Assembly: GCA_964016885.1 (NCBI GenBank)
Contig: OZ024740.1
Span: 75,144,001-75,208,000, forward strand
Origin: Eledone cirrhosa
Lineage: Eukaryota
Direction of reading: 5' to 3'
Length of the DNA stretch: 64,000 bases
Shown here one piece after another: positions 13,655 through 24,225 of this stretch. The notes beneath the pieces were generated by a model. It had not been told where the DNA came from, did not search any database, and was given only the letters and a program-made list of their open reading frames with translations. Made by a program: the position numbers and the translations under genes. Position 1 is the first letter of the stretch, and every line of letters starts with the position of its first letter.

Positions 13655-14752
13655 TTACCTTACTTCTCGTAGAGGAAGGATGGTTTCTCCATCCTTTTCA
13701 CTGCTTCTGGCCTCCTCCGGAAGGATGTCCTTATAAATCCTCCTGGAGAGTGCTTGTCGGAAGTCTCCGATGTCTTTGGGGAATTTTTGTTTTAGTGTCG
13801 TGTACGTTTTCTGTGTGATGCGAGTGATTTGTATGTGTGGAGGGGGTGTGAACTTTTGGGTTGTTGTGTAGTCTTTTTCTGTGATGCTGGTGTTGTGTTG
13901 GATGTAGTGTAATAATTGGTTGTTGTGTATCGTTTTGGTTGTTTTGTTTTGTTTGCGTTTGTTGTGGGTTTGTTTCTGTTTCGCTTTTTGGTGACTTTTG
14001 TGGTGTTGGGGTTAATGATGGTGTTGGTGTTTGTGGTGATGGGGTTGGTGATGCTGGTGTGGATGGTGGCATAGCTGTCCTAACTTTTTTGTTTGATAGT
14101 TTATTTTTTTCCCTCTGTATTTTGTTTTTGGATGGGGACGGAAGGGGATTTTTTTCTTTTTTGGTTTCTTTTTCTTTTTTTCCTTTTTTCTGATACCGTT
14201 TCCCACTCCTCGTCGTCACAATCTGTCTCCAGTTGCGATAGGTTGGGGAGTGGAAAATCCTCCACAGACGTTGGTTTTGGTTGTGGCCTTGCGGATGGTG
14301 TATGCGCTGGTGTTAGTTCTGGCGCGTTGGGTGGTGGTGGTGTTGGTTTTGCTACTGTTGCTGGGGTTGTTGCTGTTACAGTTGCTTCGGTTGTTGCTGC
14401 TACAGTTGTTGCTGCCATTTGTGTTGCTGGTGGTGTTGATGGTTGTGTCACTGAGGTGGGTAAGAGAGGTAGCCTCAACCTTTTAGCCTGAGGGCAGAAA
14501 GCCCTTAGGTGGGTTCCTTCACCACAAACGACACACCTAGGCCTTCTGCTCTCGACGATTACGGTGAGGTGGCTGCCGTCAGTGAGGTCTATTACCTCTT
14601 GGATCTCCTCAATGCTTTTTTGGTCCGCTTGGATCAGGAGCTCCATCCGGACCAGTTCTCCTGCTTTTCTTTCGCTATTTCGATTATCTTGGTGTTGGCT
14701 TCGATGCCGACGAGGACGGCAGCCATTAGCCAGGGAATTTCGATTTTATTAG

Positions 14753-14783
<31 letters not shown>

Positions 14784-15279
14784 GGCTGACCCTGTACCCA
14801 TCTTTCTTTACCATTTTTTTGGCTTCTTCTAATTCCTCCTGAGTTACCTGGAATGCTTCGCACTTTTTTGCTACTCTGGCAAAAGACAGGGTTTTATTAT
14901 TCTCATTGTTGCTGTTGTTGTTATCGTTATTTTTCATATTGTTAATTTTAGTTTTAGTTGTGGTGGTGGTGGCGTCAGTGGTGTTCGGTGTGGAAGAGTT
15001 CATTTTGGCTGAATTCGTCTCGAAATCACGAGATAATTTATTTTTTTCTTTTGTTTCTGTTGTCGCTGTGGTGGTGGTGGTGGGGGTGGCGGCTTCAACA
15101 CCTGCAGTCATTGGTAATGGCGGGAAATGAATGTCTGCCTGAGACAAATTAAAAATATTGCTAATGCTTATATTTTTAGTGTTGGCAAACGTAGTAATAT
15201 TTACAATGCTGGTGTCGGTGTGAGGTGTTAGTTTGTGAGGAAGGCTCTCAGCTAGTGGGTTCAGCTGTGAGTCGGCCAT
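13655..15279 (-). pseudogene. Tx1-like ORF1 (gag-like CCHC knuckle), internally deleted and frameshifted
   Basis: LSFARVAKK...EELEEAKKMV and CVVCGEGTHLRAFC motifs homologous to ORF1 at 20143-22269; central block replaced near 14755-14785 by (GT)n/polyG. Confidence 0.85.
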
Positions 15280-15501
15280 GATTTTTCAAAGAAAGTTTTG
15301 TTTTTTTTTGTTTGATAATTCTAAAAGTTTAAATTTTGGGCTCAAAACCCCAATCTTTTTCAGTGTCCTTTTCAGAAAACAATGTATGTGCACTTATATA
15401 CAGTTAACAATAAACATTTTCCATAAATGGCAATTTTAAACAACTTAAAATAACTAACCTTTGCGGAGCTCACGATAATACGATTTACTACGTAGGTCGA
15501 C

Positions 15502-15533
<32 letters not shown>

Positions 15534-15535
<2 letters not shown>

Positions 15536-16361
15536 TCCCTTCATAGTACCTTCTTTGAGAAAACTGAATTTAGAGATCCACAGACATGGAACTGGTTGAA
15601 AAGAGGAGACCTTAAAAAGGCTACAGAAGGAATGTTAATGGCTGCGCAGGAGCAGGCCCTCAAAACGAAGTAGTTGAAACACCACATGTACAAGGAGGAG
15701 GCTAGCCCACTGTGTAGGATCTGTGGAGAGAGAGAGGAGACTGTGGCTCACATTGTATCCGAGTGTAAACACCTAGCCCAGACTCACTATAAGGGCTGGA
15801 GACATGATGTGATGGGCAGGGTGATCCACTGGCACCTATGCAAAGTAAACAATTTACCACATTCTGAGAAGTGGTATGAGCATAAGCCAGAGGCGGTGAT
15901 AGAAAACGATCAGGTGAAGGTGCTGTGGGATTTTAGGATACAGACGGACAAGAAACTGGAACACAATAGACCTGACCTGGTGGTTTTGGACAAAGAAAAA
16001 AGATCGTGCCTGATTGTGGATGTGGCCTGCCCATTCGACACGAGAGTGCAAGAGAAGGAGAGGGAGAAAATTAACCGATACCAGGACTTAAAGTGGGAGG
16101 TAAAAAGGATTTGGAACTGCCATGAAGTCAAAGTGATCCCGATTGTCATAGGCGCACTAGGGACTATCTCAAAAAGTTTCCAGGGATGGTTAAAGAAAAT
16201 TGGCCCCTTCACGCTTTTTGGAACGCTTCAAAAGGCATGCTTGCTGGGAACAGCAAGAACCCTCCGATACGTCCTGAATATCTGAGGCTGCAGGTAGTGG
16301 CTTGATATTCATCTCAACAAACTTTCCAGTTAACTAACATCAATGACTGAGACTCAAAGAG
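15534..16361 (+). mobile_element. 5'-truncated R4/Dong-like non-LTR retrotransposon (restriction-like endonuclease domain)
   Basis: ORF 15674-16285: CRICGEREETVAHIVSEC, RHD, RPDLVV...DVACP...KINRY (CCHC plus PD-(D/E)xK); flanked by (AAT)n on both sides. Confidence 0.9.
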
Positions 16362-16368
16362 TAATAAC

Positions 16369-16439
<71 letters not shown>

Positions 16440-16687
16440 TTTCTTTATTAACCACAAGGGTTTACATAAAGTAGACATTAAGGACAGTGCAGGACAATGC
16501 AGGACGGTACAAATGGGCATTTCTGCGTGTAAAAAACAAAAACAGAGAATGTAACAAAAAATAACAATGAAAAATTCCCCAATAGGGGGGAGACTTCGGA
16601 GGGACATTTGTGGAGAAAGCCCAGTAAAAAGCCACAATGACCCTGACCACCAAGGCAAGTGCCCTCTCCCAGTTTTCCACCTTTAAT

Positions 16688-19600
16688 TTACAGATATATG
16701 CTCAGAGTAGGCCCATTCACTCGGGCCATTCTTGCTTCTCTCACCCATCTTTCAACAAAATGCTGGGAAGAGAGCACTTCCCTCTCTACTCTGATTTTCC
16801 TTTTCAAATGAAATTTGAAAAAGTCAATCAGAGCATCACCGAAGAGGTAAGTGCTCGTCTTCAGCCCTTTCAAACGTGTCCACCATACTATCTCTTTCGC
16901 CATGGCCACCAGGCAGATAAAAACTGCCTGCCCTTCCCGGCTAAAGGAGGAGGGCGGGGCAATCCTCACGATGGACTCAGATGATAGCCGGATCCGTCCT
17001 AAACGCGACAGCAGGTGTTCGACATAAACCCACAAGTCAGCAATTTTCGGACACTGGACGAGTGCGTGCAGGACGGTTTCGTCGCCCTGCGCGCATCTCG
17101 GACATGCCCGGCTGACGGCACCTCCATGCCTGTAGAGTTTATCCCGAACTGGCAAGGCTCCTCGGTAGCACTGCCAGGCCAGAGATTTCTGGAAGTTGTC
17201 CATAGGCCCTGGCCCGAAAGTTCTTCCGAAGAGATTGGCTAGTTGATTTTCGTCGACGCCTAGAGTTTCCCCAAGTACGTCGTCGCTCTTCCCCTCCACT
17301 AATCCTCTATAGAACGCCGAGGTGGAGTTTCCACCAATCACATTGCCCGATTGGTCGAGGGCTGTGAGCGCCTGAAGACATTCCAGTCTCCAGGCGCTCC
17401 CTCTCGGTCTTCGCTTGACCCAGGACTGCAGCTCCGTCAAGGAAACGAGCTGGGGAAACACGCGTCTAGCAAACGGCGACCACACCTGATCACCGTCGAG
17501 GAAGAGGTGGAGATGTCGTAGCCTGAGCGCGTGCCTGCGCATCATCAGCCACGGCATGCCCAGCCCTCCACGTAGCGGGTGTTGACAACAGATGGACCGC
17601 CTGACCATCGGAGCGCGTCCCTTCCACAAAAAGCGAAAGAGCAAACGCTCCAGCACAGTCAGGCGAGGCTTAGGACAAGGTACGACGGTCAGGCGGTAGC
17701 AGATGACGGACGCGATGTACGCGTTAGCCACCTCCGCTCGACCTTTCAGGGATAGCTTCCTCTCGGCCCATTTCTGGGTGAGAGAAGCCACCCTGCTCGT
17801 CACCTCGTCCCAGTTTTTGTCCGTCTGGAGGTCCGGACCGAACCAGACCCCTAGCAATTTAACCGGTCCGTCCGTCCAGCGTCCGACGACGCTGTTGGAC
17901 GGCATGGACCTGCCTCTCCAGGTGCCGAGCTGCAGGCCCACTGACTTTTCCTGGTTGACCATTGCTCCTGTCACCGCTTCGTATTCTCTTAGTGTAGTGC
18001 CGAGCGCTTCGATGTGTTTGGCGTTCGACACCACTACGGTGACATCGTCCGCATATGCTGATACGGATCTTCCGCATCCTAGTTCGCGCGGGACCCCCCT
18101 CAACGTCTCCAGTTTGTGCAGTAATGGCTCGAGAGTCAATACGTACAAGAGGGACGAGAGGGGACATCCTTGGCGGACCGAGCGCATGATGTTGAACGGT
18201 TCCGACAGGTGACCGTTCACTCTCACCACAGAGCAGATGTCGCTGTGCATGGCAGCGATCCAGCCTCTGAAGACGGGCCCAAAGCCAGCCGCCCTCAGGA
18301 CTGCCGCTAGGTAACGATGGTCGACCCTATCGAAAGCTTTCGACTGATCTAAATTGATCAAGGACCCACCCGTGCCAGGTTCCCTAGCTACCCTCTCTAC
18401 GATGTATCGCATGAGGTGGAGGTTGTCGTGGATGGATCTGTCGGGAATGGCGCATGTCTGCGCCTCTCCCACCAGACCACCAACGACAAGCGCCAACCTC
18501 TTTGCTAGCACCTTGGCCAAAATCTTAAACTCTGTGTTTAGCAGAGTTATGGGCCGGAAATTGTCTATGTTATCCCCCTTGTTCGGATCCTTTCTCAGCA
18601 GTGCCACCGCTCCTCGGCTCACAGAACTGGGAATTCTCCCGTTCTGTTGCCAGTTGCAGTAGACGTCCGCCAAGAGGCCTCCGAACAAGTCTGGCATCTG
18701 TACGTAAAGTTCATAGGGCAGACCATCCAAACCAGGCGATTTACCCCTTGTGCAGCCAGTCATTGCCTCCCTTACTTCAGCGGCTGTTATCGGCTTTTCG
18801 CAACACTTCGCCTCAGTGGCCGAGAGCCGCGGCAGTCCGTCGAGGTAGACACTAAAGTCCATCCCTCTACCCGGCCCACCGCTGCCCCCGAACAGCTGAG
18901 CGAAGTGTCGCTGAAAAGCTTCACACATTTGCCCGGGATCGAGTAGCATGCGCCCGTCGTGGTCCACCAAAGACCGGATCGTGGCTTTGTTGCCACGACG
19001 CGCCTCCGCCACTCGGGCCCATTGAACGGCTTTCGTCCCCTCGTGTCTGAGAGCACGCACCCTTGCTCTGACAACGCAGCCTTCGTGCTTTGCATTGAAG
19101 AATTGGTCAAGGGCCAATTTCGCCGCAAGCACGTCGGTCGCAATGCCTTTGCTAAGCGCCTCGTCTAATTTTCTAACTAGTTCTCCCTCTGCTCTATTTT
19201 TCTCTATTGCTAAAGCCTTACTAAATCTAATCGATTCTATTCTAATCGCTCTTTTCAGAGCAAACCACCACTTGTTGTTGACGATGGCCCCCGTCAACGC
19301 CCGCTTAACTAGTTCGCTAATCCGGTCTCTGTAGGCCTTGCGCGCTGGTAAGGACGCGTTTAGCTTCCAGTAGCCGGGTCCTCGTCTATGAAGCCTATCT
19401 AAGTCAAGCACACAGATCACGAATTTGTGGTCCGTGTAGCTGACTATCTTGAATTGTGGACAGCCTATGCTAGACCTATCTATTTCCCTACAAAATACTC
19501 TATCTAGATATGATCTGGATGACCCTATGCGGTTTGTCCAAGTCCACATTGGCACATTCGGGAAATCCAATCGGTACCTGTCAGACAGTTCAAAACGCCT

Positions 19601-20107
19601 GAGCAGGTTGGTGAGGCTCTTGCACCCTCCACCCCTATCCGCTAATCCCACACAGTCCCAGCGTGCATCTAAGATCCCGTTCCAGTCGCCCACTAACACT
19701 AAAGAGCGCGACGTTCCAAGAAAGGTCTCCAGACGCCGGAAGAAATCAGGCCGCCCTGCTCCTGTCGGGGCATAGACGGCCACTAGCCTGAAAGCTTGCC
19801 CGTCTCCGCTGGTCACGTCCAGCACCACCAGCTTACCCTCTGGGTCCAGGAAGATGGCCCGTATGGCGAGATCCAAACCTCTCCGAAAAAGTACAGCAAC
19901 TCCTCCACCGGATCCAGGACGGCTGGGAGATGCGTACACATCGTAGCCGCCGAAGATCGGTGCGAAGGCCCGTGCTTCGGAGATTCTGGTCTCGCTGATG
20001 GCCACTACATCTATGTTTAGTGACCTGAGGTCGTTGAGCAGGTGACCCTGCTTCCATGACGACCCCAAGCCACGCGCATTTATGCTGCCTATTCTGAGTG
20101 AGGTCAT
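16688..20107 (-). CDS. ORF2: apurinic-like endonuclease, reverse transcriptase and C-terminal zinc finger (Tx1/L1 group)
   Basis: 1139 aa; SINARGL, ISET, LVGDWN, SYLDR, TDHK (APE); GKSPGLDG, FRPITLLN, DQSKAFDRV, RQGCPLS, YADD (RT); CPRC...HALVQC. Confidence 0.97.
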   Translation of the reverse strand: MTSLRIGSINARGLGSSWKQGHLLNDLRSLNIDVVAISETRISEARAFAPIFGGYDVYASPSRPGSGGGVAVLFRRGLDLAIRAIFLDPEGKLVVLDVTSGDGQAFRLVAVYAPTGAGRPDFFRRLETFLGTSRSLVLVGDWNGILDARWDCVGLADRGGGCKSLTNLLRRFELSDRYRLDFPNVPMWTWTNRIGSSRSYLDRVFCREIDRSSIGCPQFKIVSYTDHKFVICVLDLDRLHRRGPGYWKLNASLPARKAYRDRISELVKRALTGAIVNNKWWFALKRAIRIESIRFSKALAIEKNRAEGELVRKLDEALSKGIATDVLAAKLALDQFFNAKHEGCVVRARVRALRHEGTKAVQWARVAEARRGNKATIRSLVDHDGRMLLDPGQMCEAFQRHFAQLFGGSGGPGRGMDFSVYLDGLPRLSATEAKCCEKPITAAEVREAMTGCTRGKSPGLDGLPYELYVQMPDLFGGLLADVYCNWQQNGRIPSSVSRGAVALLRKDPNKGDNIDNFRPITLLNTEFKILAKVLAKRLALVVGGLVGEAQTCAIPDRSIHDNLHLMRYIVERVAREPGTGGSLINLDQSKAFDRVDHRYLAAVLRAAGFGPVFRGWIAAMHSDICSVVRVNGHLSEPFNIMRSVRQGCPLSSLLYVLTLEPLLHKLETLRGVPRELGCGRSVSAYADDVTVVVSNAKHIEALGTTLREYEAVTGAMVNQEKSVGLQLGTWRGRSMPSNSVVGRWTDGPVKLLGVWFGPDLQTDKNWDEVTSRVASLTQKWAERKLSLKGRAEVANAYIASVICYRLTVVPCPKPRLTVLERLLFRFLWKGRAPMVRRSICCQHPLRGGLGMPWLMMRRHALRLRHLHLFLDGDQVWSPFARRVFPQLVSLTELQSWVKRRPRGSAWRLECLQALTALDQSGNVIGGNSTSAFYRGLVEGKSDDVLGETLGVDENQLANLFGRTFGPGPMDNFQKSLAWQCYRGALPVRDKLYRHGGAVSRACPRCAQGDETVLHALVQCPKIADLWVYVEHLLSRLGRIRLSSESIVRIAPPSSFSREGQAVFICLVAMAKEIVWWTRLKGLKTSTYLFGDALIDFFKFHLKRKIRVEREVLSSQHFVERWVREARMARVNGPTLSIYL

Positions 20108-20142
20108 GTTTAAAATAGAGTGGAAAAGATGGGAAAGACCAC

Positions 20143-22269
20143 TTACCGTACTTTTGGTAGAGGAGGGATGGTTTTTACATCCCTTTTCACTTGATCGTCT
20201 GGTGAAGGGACCGTTGAATCGTCCCTTCGGCTGGTCGTCGGCTCTTCTAAGAGAATGTCTGAGTATACTCTTCGATTGATGGTTCCTCCTAGGTCCCTGA
20301 AATCACCAACTGCGTTGGGGAATTTCGTTTTAATATTTGTGTATTGTTTCTGTGCTATTTTTAGCAGTCTTATGTTAGTTGGCGTTTTGATTGGTGCTGG
20401 TATTATGTAGTCCTGTTGTGAAATGTCTGTGTGTTCAATTATGTAAGTCATTAGTTTCTTGTTGTGTGTATTTATTGCCGTGCATTTGTTTTTCTGGGGG
20501 TGGGGTGTGGTTCTGCTATTTTCTTGTCGTTGTTGCTGGGTGTGTGTGTTTTGTTGTTGTGTTTGCGATGTTGGTGCTTGTGGTGGTGGTGTTGAAGGTG
20601 TTGTTGGCGGTGGGGTTGTCGCCGGTGGTGATGGTGGCGCTAGTGTGGGTGGTGATGGTGTTGGTGTTGTTGCTGCTGTGGGTCTCTTTGCAGTAGACTT
20701 TACCCTTTTCTCATTTCTTTCCTCCCTTTTCAAAGGCGACGATGCGCTGCTTCTGCGTTTGTGCCTTCTTACGACCTTTTGCCATCTCTCTCCCACCTCA
20801 CACTCCATGTCTGATTCTGTGAGGTCGGGGAGGGGTACCAACTCCACTCTTTCACTTGTTGTTGTTGGTGATGTTTGCACTGGAGTCTCTGTTGCAGCTG
20901 CATTTGGTATTGCTGTTGTTGTTGTTAGTATTTCCACTGCTGCTGCTGTTTTTGATTTCCGTGGAGTGGGTATGGGTGCCACGGGCCTATCGTTCCTGGT
21001 TGCCGCTTGTCCTGTTGCTGGTAGCCGTGGAGCCGGATTCGGAAGGAGGGGGGTTTTCTCCTTTCTCAGAGTCTTCTCGTTGCAGAAGGCCCTGAGGTGA
21101 GTCTTCGATCCACAGCGAAAGCATTTCGGGCGTTTGCCCTCAACACTTATGGGCAGTTGAGTGCCGTTATCGAAGTCTATCACATCCGGGATAGCTTCGA
21201 TGCACTCCTGGTTGGTTTGGATTAGCATCTCAATGGAGGATCCGACCCAATCTTCTCTTACTTTTTTCTGTACTTGCAGTACAGTTGTTTTGTCCTCGAT
21301 TCCGACGAGGACAGACGCGGCCAGCCAAGAAGGGGTCATTCCGGGGGGGACGTGGGTCAGTTTGACCCTCACAATTTTTTGCCCACAGTAGGAGGGCACC
21401 AACACCATTTCCTCGCTCCTTAGGGTCACTACTGATTGGGCCTTTGCCTCCTGGGGTGTGGCAAAAAGTACGTCTACGGTGGCATATTTTTTGCCTCGGG
21501 TGATGTGCGTTTTCCGCTGCCACACAGACCCCAAGGCTTTTTGTATTTGGGCCTCTGTGGCTCTTTCCACCCTACGGGATTTTGTACTTACTGTACGGTA
21601 CGTGACCGTACAGTGCTCTTGGGTTTCGAAAAAATTTTTCGCTGCCTTGCAGATTGCTCGGTGTCCGTTCTTTGTCACCATCTTCTTCGCTTCCTCTAAT
21701 TCCTCATTTGTTATGAGGATTGTTTCCAAGTTTTTCGCAATGCCTGCAAATGAGATTGGTTTTTCTCTGCTGTTGTTGTTGTCGTCAGAGCTGCTGGTAC
21801 TTTTGTTGCTGCAGGTACTACGACTACTGCCTCCGCCGCTGTTGCTGTGGTTGTTGTTGGTGTTGCTGCTGCTAATGCTGTTGTTGTTTATGCTGCTGGT
21901 GATGCTGTTGCGGCTGCTACTGTTGTTTTCATTGTCACTGTTGCTGTTGTTATTACGGCTGCTACTGCTATTATTCCTGACGTCAGACGAATGAACTGGG
22001 TTTTCGTATTTCCCGCACACCTGTTTCGTCGCTGTCGTCGTCGTCGTGGAGAAACCTTGCACGCTTTGCACGAGACTTTTCTTTTCTTTCGTCGCTTGCG
22101 AAAGAGAAGGGAGGGAGAGAGACACATTTAAAGAAGGGAGGGAGAGAGACAATCTTCTCTCTGCTGTAGTGATGATTGAGGAAGAAGAAGACGGAATGAG
22201 TGGGAGTGACGTATGAAATTTCTTTTTGGTAGCCATGTTTTTTTGTTTAAAATGAAATTTTGGGTACAA
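20143..22269 (-). CDS. ORF1: gag-like nucleic-acid-binding protein with CCHC zinc knuckle
   Basis: 708-aa ORF directly upstream of ORF2; CFRCGSKTHLRAFC; Asn/Ser and Pro/Thr low-complexity tracts; likely ATG start at ~22236 (MATKKK). Confidence 0.9.
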   Translation of the reverse strand: MYPKFHFKQKNMATKKKFHTSLPLIPSSSSSIITTAERRLSLSLPSLNVSLSLPSLSQATKEKKSLVQSVQGFSTTTTTATKQVCGKYENPVHSSDVRNNSSSSRNNNSNSDNENNSSSRNSITSSINNNSISSSNTNNNHSNSGGGSSRSTCSNKSTSSSDDNNNSREKPISFAGIAKNLETILITNEELEEAKKMVTKNGHRAICKAAKNFFETQEHCTVTYRTVSTKSRRVERATEAQIQKALGSVWQRKTHITRGKKYATVDVLFATPQEAKAQSVVTLRSEEMVLVPSYCGQKIVRVKLTHVPPGMTPSWLAASVLVGIEDKTTVLQVQKKVREDWVGSSIEMLIQTNQECIEAIPDVIDFDNGTQLPISVEGKRPKCFRCGSKTHLRAFCNEKTLRKEKTPLLPNPAPRLPATGQAATRNDRPVAPIPTPRKSKTAAAVEILTTTTAIPNAAATETPVQTSPTTTSERVELVPLPDLTESDMECEVGERWQKVVRRHKRRSSASSPLKREERNEKRVKSTAKRPTAATTPTPSPPTLAPPSPPATTPPPTTPSTPPPQAPTSQTQQQNTHTQQQRQENSRTTPHPQKNKCTAINTHNKKLMTYIIEHTDISQQDYIIPAPIKTPTNIRLLKIAQKQYTNIKTKFPNAVGDFRDLGGTINRRVYSDILLEEPTTSRRDDSTVPSPDDQVKRDVKTIPPLPKVR

Positions 22270-22469
22270 AACCCCAATAACTGGTTATTTAACCCCGAAG
22301 GGCCAAATAACGGACAGAAAGACCCCTCTCACGAGGAGGAGGGTGTCTTTATCAACAATTTGGTTCAAGTTTTAAACAATTTACAATTGTTTTAACGGTT
22401 AAAAATTACTATACCTTACAGAGCCGAGCCTCCGTCAACCATGGCATTCAATAATAATATAATAAATAA

Positions 22470-24200
22470 TATAAAGTCTATGACAAAACCATTAATCACC
22501 TGTTCTACATGGATGACCTGAAACTATTTGCAAAAAATGATGAACAATTGCAAGGGCTATTATCCACTGTGAAGCAGTTCAGTGATGACATTAAAATGGA
22601 GTTTGGACTAGATAAATGCGCCAAAGCAACGTTCACCAGAGGAAAGCTGCTGAAGAGTTCAGACATTAATCTTGATCGGGGTAACGTGATAAGAGAACTT
22701 GATCAAGAAAAAACTCACAAATATCTAGGTGTTTGTGAAGGAGACGGAATCAAGCACTCGACAATGAGGGAAAGGATAAGGAAGGAATGTTACCGCAGAG
22801 TAAGAGCAATCTTAAGAACGGAATTGAATGCAAGGAATAGGATCGATGCCATAAACACGCTTGCCATACCAGTAGTAACCTACAGTTACAATGTCATCAA
22901 CTGGTCAAGCACAGAGATCCGTAGGCTCGATACAAAAATTCGAAAATTCTTAACTATGCACAGAATGCATCACCCTAAGGCAGATATAGATAGAATATAT
23001 CTCCATAGGAAAGAAGGAGGACGTGGGTTAATCCAGTTAGACATTGCGTTGAAAACTGCAACAATTGGATTATCTACATATCTAAGGGAATCACATGATT
23101 GGATGATCAAACTCGTTTTGAAACACGAAAGCATCAAAAGATCATATTCCATTACAAAAGATGCACAAAGATACAGTAATGGACTACAAATTTCAGAAGT
23201 CCCATTTACTGCTGAAATGGAAAACACAGAAAAAGCAAAGCAGGTAAAAGTAACTGCAAAGAAAGAACTGCTACAGAAACTGGCTAAGAAATGGCAAGAA
23301 AAGCCTCTGTATGGAAAATACCCAGAGCGAGCTAACAATCCTGATTTTGACAAAACTTTAACCCATCAGTGGTTGGCATCCTCTGGACTGAAATCGGAGA
23401 CTGAAGGACTGATTATATCGGCACAAGATCAGTGTCTGCCAACAAAAAATTACCAAGCCAACATAATAAAAAATGGGTGCAGCCCATTATGCCGTGTATG
23501 CAAAAAACAACCAGAGACCATTGACCATATAATTTCAATGTGCAGTCCTATAGCTCCAACCGAATACCTAAACAGGCATGACAGAGCTGCACAATACATA
23601 CATTGGATAATGTGTAAGCATTTTGACCTGCCCCATCAAAAGAATTGGTGGGAGCATCAACCACCTACCATACTTGAAAAAGATCACATCTCAATCTTGT
23701 GGAACTTTAGCATCCAAACAGACCGAAAAATAGATGCGAACAGACCTGATATAATATTGAAAGACTTTCAAAAGAGGGTATGCCTGCTAATTGATATGTC
23801 TGTTTCAATAGACAAGAATGTATCTATAAAAACATTTGAAAAATTGAGCAAGTATAAGGACCTGGAGATAGAAATTGGAAAAATGTGGAAATTGAGAACT
23901 AAAACAATACCAGTGGTTGTAGGCGCTCTGGGAATGATACCTAAGGGGTCTAATGATTACATATCGCAAATCCCAGGAAACCCGCGTATAGGAGAAATAC
24001 AAAAGATAGTACTAATGGGAACTGCCCATATACTAAGGAAGATTCTGTCAATATAAGTACATCACAAGTCTAAACACTAAAGATGCATGTGTGAATATGT
24101 ATGTTCTTTCTTGAACATGGCGGACCTTGTTGTCTCTTGAGGTCACTGGTTGTGATTTGGTGATAACTCGTATGAACATAAAGCAAGATAAATGCAACTG
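22470..24200 (+). mobile_element. 5'-truncated R4/Dong-like non-LTR retrotransposon (second family), ending in (TAA)n
   Basis: Open frame 22509-24056: HLFYMDDLKL, FGLDKC, YLG, GGRGL, CRVC...HIISMC, RHD, RPDII...IDMS..K..KY. Confidence 0.93.
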
Positions 24201-24225
24201 TAATAATAATAATAATAATAATAAT

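Larger units (their letters stand above)
9963..15501 (-). mobile_element. Near full-length but inactivated Tx1-like non-LTR retrotransposon (copy A), flanked by (AAT)n
   Basis: ORF1 and ORF2 remnants; 3'UTR nearly identical to 16438-16690; (AAT)n at both ends. Confidence 0.95.
16438..22449 (-). mobile_element. Full-length, apparently intact Tx1-like non-LTR retrotransposon (copy B) inserted in (AAT)n
   Basis: Two open ORFs, short UTRs, (AAT)n at 16362-16437 and aataataat at 22450. Confidence 0.96.

Noticed and set aside
17015-22131. Antisense and alternative-frame ORFs over the Tx1 element
   Set aside because: Expected shadows of a GC-rich coding strand; no motifs.
15440-22440. AAG|GT donor-like sites ~35-40 nt from the 5' end of both Tx1 copies
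   Set aside because: Weak consensus and no clearly shared acceptor; not supportable without transcripts.
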